A stretch of 37,102 bases of DNA from a bacterium (GCA_963645885.1 CAVIUL010000003.1:1-37102); one strand, 5' to 3'. Shown: positions 8,563 through 17,598, counted from the stretch's first letter. The notes: generated by a model not told the origin, from the letters alone. Made by a program: numbers and translations.

Positions 8563-10306
8563 ATTCTAATATTGCTTTTATTCTTCTTACTCCTGCAGAT
8601 GATGCTTCTTCTTTTACTATTTTGAAGTGTCCAAGTTCATTTGTATTTTTAACATGTGGGCCACCACAAAGTTCTTTAGAAATATTATCTCCGATAGTAT
8701 AAACTGTAACGATATCAGGATACTTTTCTATAAACATACACTCCGCTCCTGATTTAATAGCATCTTCTTTACTCATTTCTTCTACAGTTACAGGAAGACC
8801 TTCTTTAATCCATTCATTAACTAAATCTTCAGTTTTTTGTTTTTCTTCATCGCTTAATTTATGATCACAACTAAAGTCAAATCTCATTCTTTCATCAGTG
8901 ATATTACTACCCTTTTGATGAACATCTTTATTAACAACTACTTTTAATGCTGCATTTAATAAGTGTGTTGCTGTATGATATTTAGTTTCTATTTCGCTGT
9001 TACCACTTAATCCACCTTTAAATTGACCAGCAGAAGCAGTTCTTGATAATTCTTGATGAGCTTTAAATTTTTCTTTGAATCCCTCTTCATCAACATTTAA
9101 ATTTCTTTCTTTAGCAAGTTCAACTGTTAATTCAATTGGGAATCCATAAGTATCATATAATCTAAATGCAGTAGTTGCATCTATATCTTTACTATCTCTA
9201 GTAACTTTTTCAAATTCTCTTAATCCTTTTTCTAAAGTTCTATTGAATTTTTCTTTCTCATTTTTTAATACTTCTAATACAGTATTTTTATTATCAGTTA
9301 ATTCACTATAATATTTTTCATATTTAGAAATAATTAATGATGCGATTTCTTGTTCCCAATTACTAGAAACATCTATTCCTAATTTTTTAGCATGTCTAAT
9401 AGCACGTCTAATTAATCTTCTTAAGATGTATCCTTGACCTACATTACTTGGTTTTACTCCAGCATAATCAGCACTAATAAATACACTTGTTCTTAAGTGA
9501 TCAGCTATTATTCTCATACTTTGTTCATTACCTTTATATGGTAAATTACTAATCTTACTAATTAATTCTATAACATCTTTCCAGATACTTGATTCATAGT
9601 TATCATTAACACCTTCTAGGATTGCTGTTACTCTTTCTACTCCCATACCAGTATCAACATTCTTTTTAGGTAGTTCTGTTATAGTTCCATCAATACTTTT
9701 ATTGTATTGCATAAATACATCATTCCAGATTTCAACCCATCTTTCATCTTCTGTATCAAATACTTCAGGAATTGGATCATTGCTTCTCCAAAAGAACATT
9801 TCTGAGTCTGGTCCACATGGCCCTGCTTCTCCTGCTATCCAGAAGTTATCATCTACTGTTTTAGCAATTCTTTCTTTCTTAATTCCTAAACTTAACCATT
9901 TGTTATATGAAACTTCATCAAATGGAATATTATCACTTCCTGCATATACAGTTACAGCAAGTCTTTCAACTGGTATATTTAATACCTTTGTTAAAAATTC
10001 AAAACTCCATTCTATAGCTTCATCTTTAAAGTAATCACCTAATGACCAATTTCCTAACATTTCAAAGAATGTATGGTGATAAGTATCTCCGATATTATCT
10101 AAATCGTTTGTTCTAATACACTTTTGATAATCGCAAAGTCTAGTACCATATGGATGAGTTTGTCCCATTAAATATGGTATTAATGGTTGCATACCAGCTG
10201 TATTAAATAAAACACTTGGATCATTTTCAGGTACTACTGGTGCACTTGGTATTTGTTTATGTCCTTTACTAACAAAAAAATCAATGTACAAATCTTTAAT
10301 ATTCAT
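8561..10306 (-). CDS. alaS: Alanine--tRNA ligase, short form ending after the editing domain
   Basis: 581 aa. The N-terminus is typical of AlaRS (FFVSKGHKQIPSAPVVPENDPSVLFNTAGMQPL). Editing-domain motifs are HTATHLLNAAL and CGGPHV. The protein stops right after GVRRIKAILE, so no C-Ala/DHHA1-like domain is present. AGGAGG precedes the ATG. Confidence 0.85.
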   Translation of the reverse strand: MNIKDLYIDFFVSKGHKQIPSAPVVPENDPSVLFNTAGMQPLIPYLMGQTHPYGTRLCDYQKCIRTNDLDNIGDTYHHTFFEMLGNWSLGDYFKDEAIEWSFEFLTKVLNIPVERLAVTVYAGSDNIPFDEVSYNKWLSLGIKKERIAKTVDDNFWIAGEAGPCGPDSEMFFWRSNDPIPEVFDTEDERWVEIWNDVFMQYNKSIDGTITELPKKNVDTGMGVERVTAILEGVNDNYESSIWKDVIELISKISNLPYKGNEQSMRIIADHLRTSVFISADYAGVKPSNVGQGYILRRLIRRAIRHAKKLGIDVSSNWEQEIASLIISKYEKYYSELTDNKNTVLEVLKNEKEKFNRTLEKGLREFEKVTRDSKDIDATTAFRLYDTYGFPIELTVELAKERNLNVDEEGFKEKFKAHQELSRTASAGQFKGGLSGNSEIETKYHTATHLLNAALKVVVNKDVHQKGSNITDERMRFDFSCDHKLSDEEKQKTEDLVNEWIKEGLPVTVEEMSKEDAIKSGAECMFIEKYPDIVTVYTIGDNISKELCGGPHVKNTNELGHFKIVKEEASSAGVRRIKAILE

Positions 10307-10321
10307 ATTTTTTCCTCCTTA

Positions 10322-10512
10322 TAAAATAAAAAAGAATGGCACACAAGGAGTCATATAGACGGTACCATCCTTTAATTAACTTAATTAATGTAACGTATTT
10401 CCACGTGAGCTATTAACTCATAAGTGAAAGTAGCTTCAAATATAGTACTTATTAGTTTACACCAACCACTAACTCTCTTTAAAGTATTTTTATCCTACTC
10501 GTCTTTCAATGT
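10322..10512 (-). promoter_or_regulatory. T-box leader (riboswitch), alanine specifier
   Basis: The minus strand contains AGAGAGTTAGTGGTTGGTG (Stem I distal motifs). The specifier context is TTGAA-GCT-A, with GCU at 10434..10432. The T-box core is AAAGGATGGTACCGTC (10358-10370 region). A terminator helix GGATGGTAC...GTGCCATTC plus TTTTTT lies directly before the alaS SD. Confidence 0.8.
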
Positions 10513-10517
10513 ATTAG

Positions 10518-10546
10518 ATTCTATCAAAATTATTAATAAATTTCAA
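10518..10546 (-). promoter_or_regulatory. Promoter of the alaS T-box leader
   Basis: TTGAAA (10546..10541), 17 nt spacer ending in TGa, TAGAAT (10523..10518). Confidence 0.55.
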
Positions 10547-10561
10547 TAGTTTTAAGTATTT

Positions 10562-12466
10562 TTATTGTTTTGCTGTGAAATAACCAGGTGTACTAGCAGT
10601 ATCTATACGTGCATAGGTTTTGTCTACATAAGAACTATTATATGCAGTTCCATTTCCCCCTACTAAATTTGTTGCTTTATTAAACATGTTACTGCTGCTA
10701 GTTACATTATCAGTTACAAAATTACTGCTAGAATATATAGTACTAACTTTACTCGAATTAAACATATAATTCATAGTAGTTGTCTTACTTGTATCAAAAC
10801 TACTTAAATCAAGTGTAGTAAAGTTAGTGTTTTCAAACATATAGCTCATATCTGTAACTTTACTAGTATTAAAACTTGTTAAATTTACTGATGTTGCTTC
10901 GCTTCCTCTAAACATATTGCTCATATCATTAACATTACTTGTATCAAAATTTGATAAATCTAAGATTAATGCCTTGCTGTTATAAAACATATGATTCATA
11001 TTTGTTACTTTGCTAGTATTAAATCCACTTATATTTAGTTTGCTCGTACTTGTACTAGCGAACATCCAGTTCATATCTGTTACATTTGATGTATTGAAAT
11101 TACTTACGTCTATTTCTATCGCTGATGCTCCATGAAACATTTTACTCATATCAGTGACTTTGCTTGTGTTGAAGTTGCTTACATCTAATACTGTTGCAGA
11201 AGTGTTATAAAACATATTGCTCATGCTTGTTACATTACTTGTATCAAAGCTACTTAAATCTAGTTTTTTTGCAAATGAATCGCTAAACATATAGTCCATA
11301 TTAGTAACCTTACTCGTATTAAAACTAGTTACATCCACTTTTGTTGCTTGTGAACCATAAAACATATCGCTCATGTCGGTTACATTGCTTGTATCAAAAC
11401 TACTTAAATCTAATGTTTGAATTTGATTGATACTGAACATTAAATTTAAATCGGTTACTTTACTTGTATCAAAATTTGTTAAATTTACTGATGTAGCCTC
11501 CGCACCCATAAACATTGAATTCATATTTGTTACATTTGAAGTATTGAATGTACTTAAATCTAGTGTTGTTGCAAGCGTGGAAGTGAACATATTTTTCATA
11601 TTTGTAATATTACTTGTATTAAATTTGCTCGTATCAATTGCTGAAGCTCTACTTCTTGCAAACATGTACGCAGACGATACAACTGGTTTATTATTTATAT
11701 AAGTACAAACTTCACTACTTACTTCATCAGTACTTGTTTTATTTGTGAGTTGTACTCCCCATCCGTCTGCCGTTATATTGCTCCAGCTTAGTCCTGATGA
11801 TGAATTTGCTCCTTCTTGCATATATCTATAAGTATATTGGCCATTAACATATTCTACTCCTTGAGTTAATTCTCCATCAAATGTACAATTAGTTACTGCC
11901 GGAGCTATATATTCTTGTATTCCAATCTTACCTGTGAAGGTTTTGTTTTTGTTATAGTTTTGATCATAATTTTTATCATCAAATGTTATTGTTACTGTGT
12001 ACTCATGTGTTATTTCTGGATCTATTGATATATTTCCTTTTATTGTACTAGTTGTTTTTGTATCACTTATTGGTACTGCTCTATAAATATCTTTGCATGT
12101 TCCACTTTCTGCTTGTGTTGTTTCACCATAATTAGTATAGCTTTTACAATTAAGTGTTACATGAAGTTCAAAGTTTTCTATTGTATTTATTAAATCTCCC
12201 CAATACAAAGAATACGTTGCATTCTTTGTGCCCACATTTTTTACCGTAATTACTTTTGAAACTGAATCTCCTGGGAATGCACCTTCTAGTTTTAATTCTG
12301 TTTCATCTTTATATTTGAGTCTTAAATCTCCTGTAGTCATTACTATATCTTTAGGAGTACCTTCTATTTCTAAACTAAAGTATGCATACGTTAGTCCTAA
12401 AATGGAAAGCAATAAAAATGTTACAGCAGAAATTACTGTTATTTTTATAATCTTATCACTTTTCAT
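10562..12466 (-). CDS. TasA/CalY (camelysin, SipW-class signal) N-terminal domain fused to DUF285/BspA-type leucine-rich repeats
   Basis: 634 aa. The signal ends in GLTYAYFSLE (compare GGTFAYFSD of CalY). TTGDLRL and AFPGDSVSKVITVKNVGTKNA follow, and the region to about aa 185 parallels TasA/CalY. About 13 tandem 25-aa units then follow (LDLSSFDTSNVTDMSxMFxGxxATx, the DUF285 signature). The C-terminus is GGNGTAYNSSYVDKTYARIDTASTPGYFT. Confidence 0.8.
   Translation of the reverse strand: MKSDKIIKITVISAVTFLLLSILGLTYAYFSLEIEGTPKDIVMTTGDLRLKYKDETELKLEGAFPGDSVSKVITVKNVGTKNATYSLYWGDLINTIENFELHVTLNCKSYTNYGETTQAESGTCKDIYRAVPISDTKTTSTIKGNISIDPEITHEYTVTITFDDKNYDQNYNKNKTFTGKIGIQEYIAPAVTNCTFDGELTQGVEYVNGQYTYRYMQEGANSSSGLSWSNITADGWGVQLTNKTSTDEVSSEVCTYINNKPVVSSAYMFARSRASAIDTSKFNTSNITNMKNMFTSTLATTLDLSTFNTSNVTNMNSMFMGAEATSVNLTNFDTSKVTDLNLMFSINQIQTLDLSSFDTSNVTDMSDMFYGSQATKVDVTSFNTSKVTNMDYMFSDSFAKKLDLSSFDTSNVTSMSNMFYNTSATVLDVSNFNTSKVTDMSKMFHGASAIEIDVSNFNTSNVTDMNWMFASTSTSKLNISGFNTSKVTNMNHMFYNSKALILDLSNFDTSNVNDMSNMFRGSEATSVNLTSFNTSKVTDMSYMFENTNFTTLDLSSFDTSKTTTMNYMFNSSKVSTIYSSSNFVTDNVTSSSNMFNKATNLVGGNGTAYNSSYVDKTYARIDTASTPGYFTAKQ
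10660..11690 (-). repeat. About 13 tandem 75-bp coding repeats (DUF285 units)
   Basis: The periodicity is visible at the DNA level, e.g. the recurring plus-strand units gtatcaaaactacttaaatc and catatc(a/t)gt(a/t)ac(a/t)tt. It corresponds to residues about 277-602 of the 634-aa protein. Confidence 0.8.
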
Positions 12467-12499
12467 ATTTTCACCTATACTAATGATAACATTTTTTAA

Positions 12500-12533
12500 T
12501 GCAAAATAAAACTGAAAATAAAGATTTTCAGTT
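12500..12533 (-). terminator. Candidate terminator after the Pro/Ala-rich gene
   Basis: 10-bp hairpin aaactgaaaa / 6 nt loop / ttttcagttt (12508-12533), then TATTTTG on the minus strand. Confidence 0.5.
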
Positions 12534-12540
12534 TATGTTT

Positions 12541-13194
12541 TTATTGTTGAATTGGTGTCTCAGGTGTAGTTGGTGCTGCTGTTGGAGCTGCTGGCATTTC
12601 AGGAGCTGTCATTGTTGGAGCAGCTGGAGCTGTTGGCTCTGCAACTGGTTCAGCAACTGGTTCTGCTGGTGTAGCTTCAGGAACTGCTGTCTCAACTGGA
12701 GCTGGTGCTACAGGTTCTGGTGTAGGTGCAGCCATTTCAGGAGCAGGAGTTTCTTCTTTATCTTCTATAACTAACGTTGGTCCTTCTACAGTTGCAGGAT
12801 CAGGTGCAGTTGTTTCTACTGCAGCAGGAGCTTGCATTTCAGGAGTACCAAATATACTTCCTTGTTCTTCTTGAACAGATGCATCAAGATTTAATTCTTG
12901 ACTTGCAGGTTCAACATTATTTAGTGAAGGTTCTTCAATAACTAATCCAGGTTCTGCAGCTGTTTGTTCTACTGCTGGAGCTGGTGTAGCTGGTTGTGCT
13001 TGAACTGGTTGTGTTGGTGCCATTCCTTGTGCAGCTTGAGCTTGAGCATCAGCATTAGGTACTGGAACTACCTCCTCATTTTTCTTTTTCTTTTTACCGT
13101 CTACTATGAAACCGATTAGCGCAAATAATAAAATTACTGCTGCTATCATAAAATATTTATAATTGTCAGCTAAAAAACTTAATATACTATCCAT
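12541..13194 (-). CDS. Single-pass membrane protein with long Pro/Ala/Thr/Glu-rich low-complexity tail
   Basis: I prefer the start at ATG 13194 (MDSILSFLADNYKYFMIAAVILLFALIGFIVDGKKKKKNEE), which has AGGAGG 5 nt upstream. The ORF-track start at 13254 has no SD. The tail carries EPVAEPVAEP-type micro-repeats. Confidence 0.6.
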   Translation of the reverse strand: MDSILSFLADNYKYFMIAAVILLFALIGFIVDGKKKKKNEEVVPVPNADAQAQAAQGMAPTQPVQAQPATPAPAVEQTAAEPGLVIEEPSLNNVEPASQELNLDASVQEEQGSIFGTPEMQAPAAVETTAPDPATVEGPTLVIEDKEETPAPEMAAPTPEPVAPAPVETAVPEATPAEPVAEPVAEPTAPAAPTMTAPEMPAAPTAAPTTPETPIQQ

Positions 13195-13286
13195 GGGTTT
13201 CCTCCTTATTCTTATCAATATTATTCTAACATTAATAAAATAATATTTCAACATTTTTTATTAAATTATATTCTATAGAAAGTTTT

Positions 13287-14324
13287 TTATTCTATTTTTA
13301 ATGTTTGTCCTTTTGGTTGAATATGTATCCATGTATTACCATCATTAACTACTAATTCTTCCCCACTCATTAAAGTGTATTTTGTTTTTGAACTTCTTGA
13401 AGATTTACTCCATTTAATTTTAATAGCTTCTCCATTAGATATATAATATCCTTCTCCACTACCAATGTTTTCTAAATCTTGTCTTCCTTTTTTATCTCCT
13501 AATGAAGTGTTCTTTACTTGATATGTTATTATATTTTTGACTGTATATTGCTTTTTAGTAACTAAATCATCATGTGATTTTCCTGACATAAACATTTTAT
13601 AATTCATATTTTCTTTATCATATTCATATGAAGTTGTTTGATAATCAGAATATTTTATTGTTACTTTATTTGCAGTTTTTAGAGAACTATCACTTGAATG
13701 ATCTACTTTTATTGGACTATACTTTAATAATTGTTCTTCTGTAGTTGTTCTATATTTTTTTGATTTTACAACTGTATTTATTCTTTCAATTGATGTGAAT
13801 GCTGTATGTTCCCATGCTCTATTTAAAGTTTTATCTCTAAAGAATCCTTTTGCATCATACATTCCATTAACATTATTAATACTAAGAGATGCTAAATCTT
13901 CTTTTGTTTGAGGTGACTGTCCATAATGTACAAATATTGCATCATTTTCCATAACGTAATCTAGAAAGTAATGTCTTGCACTTCTAACTGAACCTATTTT
14001 AGCAGTATTTTGATCTTTAAATAGTGCTATTAATCTAGTTATTCCACCCTCTGCAATTAATTCATAACCTAAATATGCATCTTGTAAACCTGCATGTGGC
14101 CAGGCTGCATGATTATTATTAATTGATACAGCATAAGGTCTACTCTTACTAGTTTCATCTATTATTTTAACTTTAAATTTTTCTACATAAATATTCCCAA
14201 TATTAACACTGGATTTATTAAGTAACTTGTATAACTTTTCATTTAATGAAAGAAAATACGTTAGTGATCCTAAAATAGTGCCAACAACTATAAAACAAAT
14301 AATACTTCTTAAAAACTTTTTCAT
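13287..14324 (-). CDS. DUF3048 domain protein (YerB-like), N-terminally anchored
   Basis: 345 aa. The stretch RPYAVSINNNHAAWPHAGLQDAYLGYELIAEGGITRLIALF...GSVRSARHYF parallels B. subtilis YerB (AVMINNHPSARPQSGL...AEGAITRFLAIF...GPVRSARDYY). It has an N-terminal TM/signal anchor. Confidence 0.7.
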   Translation of the reverse strand: MKKFLRSIICFIVVGTILGSLTYFLSLNEKLYKLLNKSSVNIGNIYVEKFKVKIIDETSKSRPYAVSINNNHAAWPHAGLQDAYLGYELIAEGGITRLIALFKDQNTAKIGSVRSARHYFLDYVMENDAIFVHYGQSPQTKEDLASLSINNVNGMYDAKGFFRDKTLNRAWEHTAFTSIERINTVVKSKKYRTTTEEQLLKYSPIKVDHSSDSSLKTANKVTIKYSDYQTTSYEYDKENMNYKMFMSGKSHDDLVTKKQYTVKNIITYQVKNTSLGDKKGRQDLENIGSGEGYYISNGEAIKIKWSKSSRSSKTKYTLMSGEELVVNDGNTWIHIQPKGQTLKIE

Positions 14325-14389
14325 ATATCATTCTCCAAAATAATTATATCATGGTTTAAAATAATTTATTATACTTTATAATTTTATTT

Positions 14390-14417
14390 ACAAAAAAAGT
14401 ACTTATTTTAAGTACTT
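14390..14417 (-). terminator. Terminator of the asnS-aspS-gatCAB operon
   Basis: Palindromic arms aagtactt / 5 nt loop / aagtactt (14397-14417) lie immediately after the gatB stop, followed by a T-run on the minus strand. Confidence 0.65.
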
Positions 14418-15848
14418 TTAGTTTATCTTTTCTAACATTTTAGCTTTTGCTTCTACTGGATTAGCTTTTCCTTTTGATTTTTTCATTACTTGTCCAACTA
14501 GATAATCTAACATATTAGTTCTTCCATTATGATAGTCTTCTATAGCTTTTGCGTTTTCACTTATTACTTCATTTACTAATGATTCAATAAGCCCTGCATC
14601 TGCTATAACTTCCATATCATATTTTTTAACTATTTCTTTTGGAGTTAAGTTTTCTTCTAACATTTTAGTAAATACTTTTTTAGCTTGATCTGATGATATT
14701 TTTTTATCATTAACAAGTGTAACTAGTTCTACTATCATGTTTGGTCTTATATATAAATCATCTATATTATTTTCTTCACTCTTATTTAATTCTCCAAGTA
14801 CTCTAGTTGTAATCCAGTTACATGCACTTTTTGGATCACATTTTAGTGATACACACTCTTCAAAGTAATCAGATATTTTTTTATCTTTAGTAAGTACTCC
14901 TGCATCGTATCCAGAAAGTCCATATTCATTTATATATTTTTCTTTTCTTTCATGAGCTAGTACTGGTATTTTACTTCTTACTTCATCTAGTAATTCTTTA
15001 GTAATTCTAAATTTTGGAATATTTGGCTCTGTGAAGTATTTATAATCTATTGCATCAGCTTTGCTTCTCATATGAATAGTAGTTCCTGATTCGTCATCCC
15101 ATCTTCTTGTTTCTTGTACTACTTCATCATAACGTCCAGCATCTTTAAGTTCTGATTGTCTTTTAATTTCATAGTTAATAGTTTTTCTAATAGCATCAAA
15201 ACTATTTACGTTTTTAACTTCTACTTTAGTACCAAATTCAGTAGCATCTTCATCCATTATTGATACGTTTACGTCTGCTCTTATTTGTCCTTTTTTAGTA
15301 TCGCATTCTGAAATATCAGTATATTCGTAAATGCTTTTTACATGTTCTAGGAAAGCTAGAGCTTCATCTGCTGAATGAAGGCATGGCTCTGTTACTAATT
15401 CTAGAAGAGGTACACCTGCTCTATTATAGTCAATTGTTGAAGTATTGTAATAGTGATCAAGTGATGCTGCATCTTCTTCTAAATGTATATCATGAATTAA
15501 TACTTCTTTTTTAGTACCATTTACATCTATTTCTATTTTTCCATCTATACCTACTGGATTAAAGAATTGTGTTAATTGATATCCTTTAGGTAGATCTGGA
15601 TAGTAGTAATTCTTTCTATCAAATTCCATGTATTCTGGTTGTTTACAATTAAGTATCATTGACATCATTAATGCCTTTTTAACACATGTTTTGTTTACTA
15701 CTGGTAGTGTTCCTGGAAAAGCCATATCTACAGGAGCAACATTTTCATTAGCTACTTTTGAGAAACTATTTCTTGCATTTGAGAATACTTTTGTATTAGA
15801 TTTCATTTCGCAGTGAAATTCTAAACCTATTACTGCTTTATATGCCAT
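14418..15848 (-). CDS. gatB: Asp/Glu-tRNA(Asn/Gln) amidotransferase subunit B
   Basis: 476 aa. The N-terminus is AVIGLEFHCEM. Also present: NRAGVPLLELVTEP and a C-terminal YqeY-like tail. TAATG overlap with gatA. Confidence 0.92.
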   Translation of the reverse strand: MAYKAVIGLEFHCEMKSNTKVFSNARNSFSKVANENVAPVDMAFPGTLPVVNKTCVKKALMMSMILNCKQPEYMEFDRKNYYYPDLPKGYQLTQFFNPVGIDGKIEIDVNGTKKEVLIHDIHLEEDAASLDHYYNTSTIDYNRAGVPLLELVTEPCLHSADEALAFLEHVKSIYEYTDISECDTKKGQIRADVNVSIMDEDATEFGTKVEVKNVNSFDAIRKTINYEIKRQSELKDAGRYDEVVQETRRWDDESGTTIHMRSKADAIDYKYFTEPNIPKFRITKELLDEVRSKIPVLAHERKEKYINEYGLSGYDAGVLTKDKKISDYFEECVSLKCDPKSACNWITTRVLGELNKSEENNIDDLYIRPNMIVELVTLVNDKKISSDQAKKVFTKMLEENLTPKEIVKKYDMEVIADAGLIESLVNEVISENAKAIEDYHNGRTNMLDYLVGQVMKKSKGKANPVEAKAKMLEKIN

Positions 15849-17299
15849 TATAGTACCTCCTTTGCTGTTTGATTTTTATATTCCATATTACTTTCAAGAG
15901 CATATGCAATATTTAAAACATTTATATCATCTTTTACTTTTCCAGTTATATTTACACCTACTGGTAAGTTATTTATAAATCCATTTGGTATAGTAATTGA
16001 TGGGAAACCACCGAAGTTACCTATTTGTAAGTGATCTTCTAAAACATTATTTGAACTTGAAAGAGCATTTTTACTTCCTTCAATGAATTTAGCAGGTCCA
16101 CTTCCAACTGGAAGAATTAATCCGTCATATTTTTCAAATAATTCATTCATTTTATCTACTATTAATCTTCTTACTCTTTTAGCATTTATAAAATATTTTT
16201 CTTGATTTTCTTTTTGTAGTACGTATGAACCAATTACAAATCTTCTTTTAATTAATGGTGAGAATCCTTTTGTTCTATGATCTTTCATCATAGCCATTGG
16301 GTTATCTCCTTCACCTCTTGGCCCAAATATAATACCTGTTAAGTTTGACATGTTACTTGTTGCTTCTGCGCAAGAGATAACTACGTATACACTTGGTATT
16401 GCATTTAATAATGCTTTATCTATTGATACTTCATCTACTTCTATACCTAAAGACTTACAAAGTTCAACTGTTTTATTAAAGTTCTCCATATGACTTTTTA
16501 ATTCTTCACTAGGATTTTCATAGTTAGCTAAATCTACGATTTCTTTAATATAGAATAACTTTTTACCTTTAACATCTTTATTTAAATTTTTATAAAGTTC
16601 AATATTGCTTGAATCCCAAGATGTCATATCTTTAGGATCTATTCCTTTCATGGCATCTACTGCTATTGCGGCATCTTCAACGCTTCTTGATAAGACTCCT
16701 ACTGTATCAAGAGAACACGCGAATGGGAAAAGTCCATATCTTGAAATCATACCATATGTTGGTTTGTATCCTACTATTCCACAGTATGCTGCTGGTTTAC
16801 GAATTGAGTCTCCAGTATCACTACCTAGAGCAAATGGATAACATCCACATGCAACTGATGCTGCGCTACCTGCTGAAGAACCTGCTGTCATTCTATCTAA
16901 GTCCCAAGGGTTGTGAACTATTCCTGTGTGTCCTGTAGTACCAGTACCACCCATACCAAGTTCATCCATAACTGTTTTAGTTACACCTACTGCTCCCTTT
17001 TTCTTTAAGTTAGCTACAGCAGTTGCATCAAAGAATGGAACATAATCTTTTAATGTATTAGAACTTCCAGTTGATAAGATATCTTTAGTAGAAAAGTTAT
17101 CTTTAATACCATATGGAATACCACTTACTAGTTCATCTGTTACTTCCGCTTCTTTAGCATCATCTATAATAGTAACAAAAGCATTAGTTTTATCTTGTAT
17201 ACTATGACATTTTTCTAAAGATTCATCTATTAGTTCTTTTGAAGTAACTTTTTTATTTAATAAATCTTCATGTAATTCTTTTATACTTTTAGTTATCAT
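15848..17299 (-). CDS. gatA: Glu-tRNA(Gln) amidotransferase subunit A
   Basis: 483 aa with the amidase signature (GGTGTTGHTG...AGSSAGSAASVA...GSDTGDSIRKPA). Confidence 0.92.
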   Translation of the reverse strand: MITKSIKELHEDLLNKKVTSKELIDESLEKCHSIQDKTNAFVTIIDDAKEAEVTDELVSGIPYGIKDNFSTKDILSTGSSNTLKDYVPFFDATAVANLKKKGAVGVTKTVMDELGMGGTGTTGHTGIVHNPWDLDRMTAGSSAGSAASVACGCYPFALGSDTGDSIRKPAAYCGIVGYKPTYGMISRYGLFPFACSLDTVGVLSRSVEDAAIAVDAMKGIDPKDMTSWDSSNIELYKNLNKDVKGKKLFYIKEIVDLANYENPSEELKSHMENFNKTVELCKSLGIEVDEVSIDKALLNAIPSVYVVISCAEATSNMSNLTGIIFGPRGEGDNPMAMMKDHRTKGFSPLIKRRFVIGSYVLQKENQEKYFINAKRVRRLIVDKMNELFEKYDGLILPVGSGPAKFIEGSKNALSSSNNVLEDHLQIGNFGGFPSITIPNGFINNLPVGVNITGKVKDDINVLNIAYALESNMEYKNQTAKEVL

Positions 17300-17598
17300 T
17301 ATCCCACCACCTTTGGTACTTCTACTTCTCTACCTTCATATTGATCACAGTTTTTAAGAAGTTCTTCGATTGGAATTTCTTCTCCTACTTCATCATCACT
17401 TCTTAAATCATCTAAAACCATTTCAAATGGATAACTAAGAGGTTCAGTATCTTTAATATTTGGTATTTTATTAATTAAATCCATGTTTTTTTCTATTTCA
17501 TCAAATTCTTCTTGTATATTAGTTCTTTCTTCCTCAGTTAAACCAATAAGTAATTTATCTGCGTAGTCATCTATCATTTCTTTTGTGAAATTACTCAT
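17299..17598 (-). CDS. gatC: Amidotransferase subunit C
   Basis: 99 aa and acidic, with size and position typical of GatC. The start of gatA overlaps its stop by 1 nt. Confidence 0.8.
   Translation of the reverse strand: MSNFTKEMIDDYADKLLIGLTEEERTNIQEEFDEIEKNMDLINKIPNIKDTEPLSYPFEMVLDDLRSDDEVGEEIPIEELLKNCDQYEGREVEVPKVVG

Noticed and set aside
12499-12774. 91-aa Trp/Cys-rich ORF (…CSWCCCWSCWHFRSCHCWSSWSCW…) that looks like an exotic Cys-rich peptide
   Set aside because: It is the reverse complement of the GCWGCWCCWG-rich Pro/Ala coding region. Its 5' end also lies in the terminator hairpin of that gene. It is a compositional artefact.
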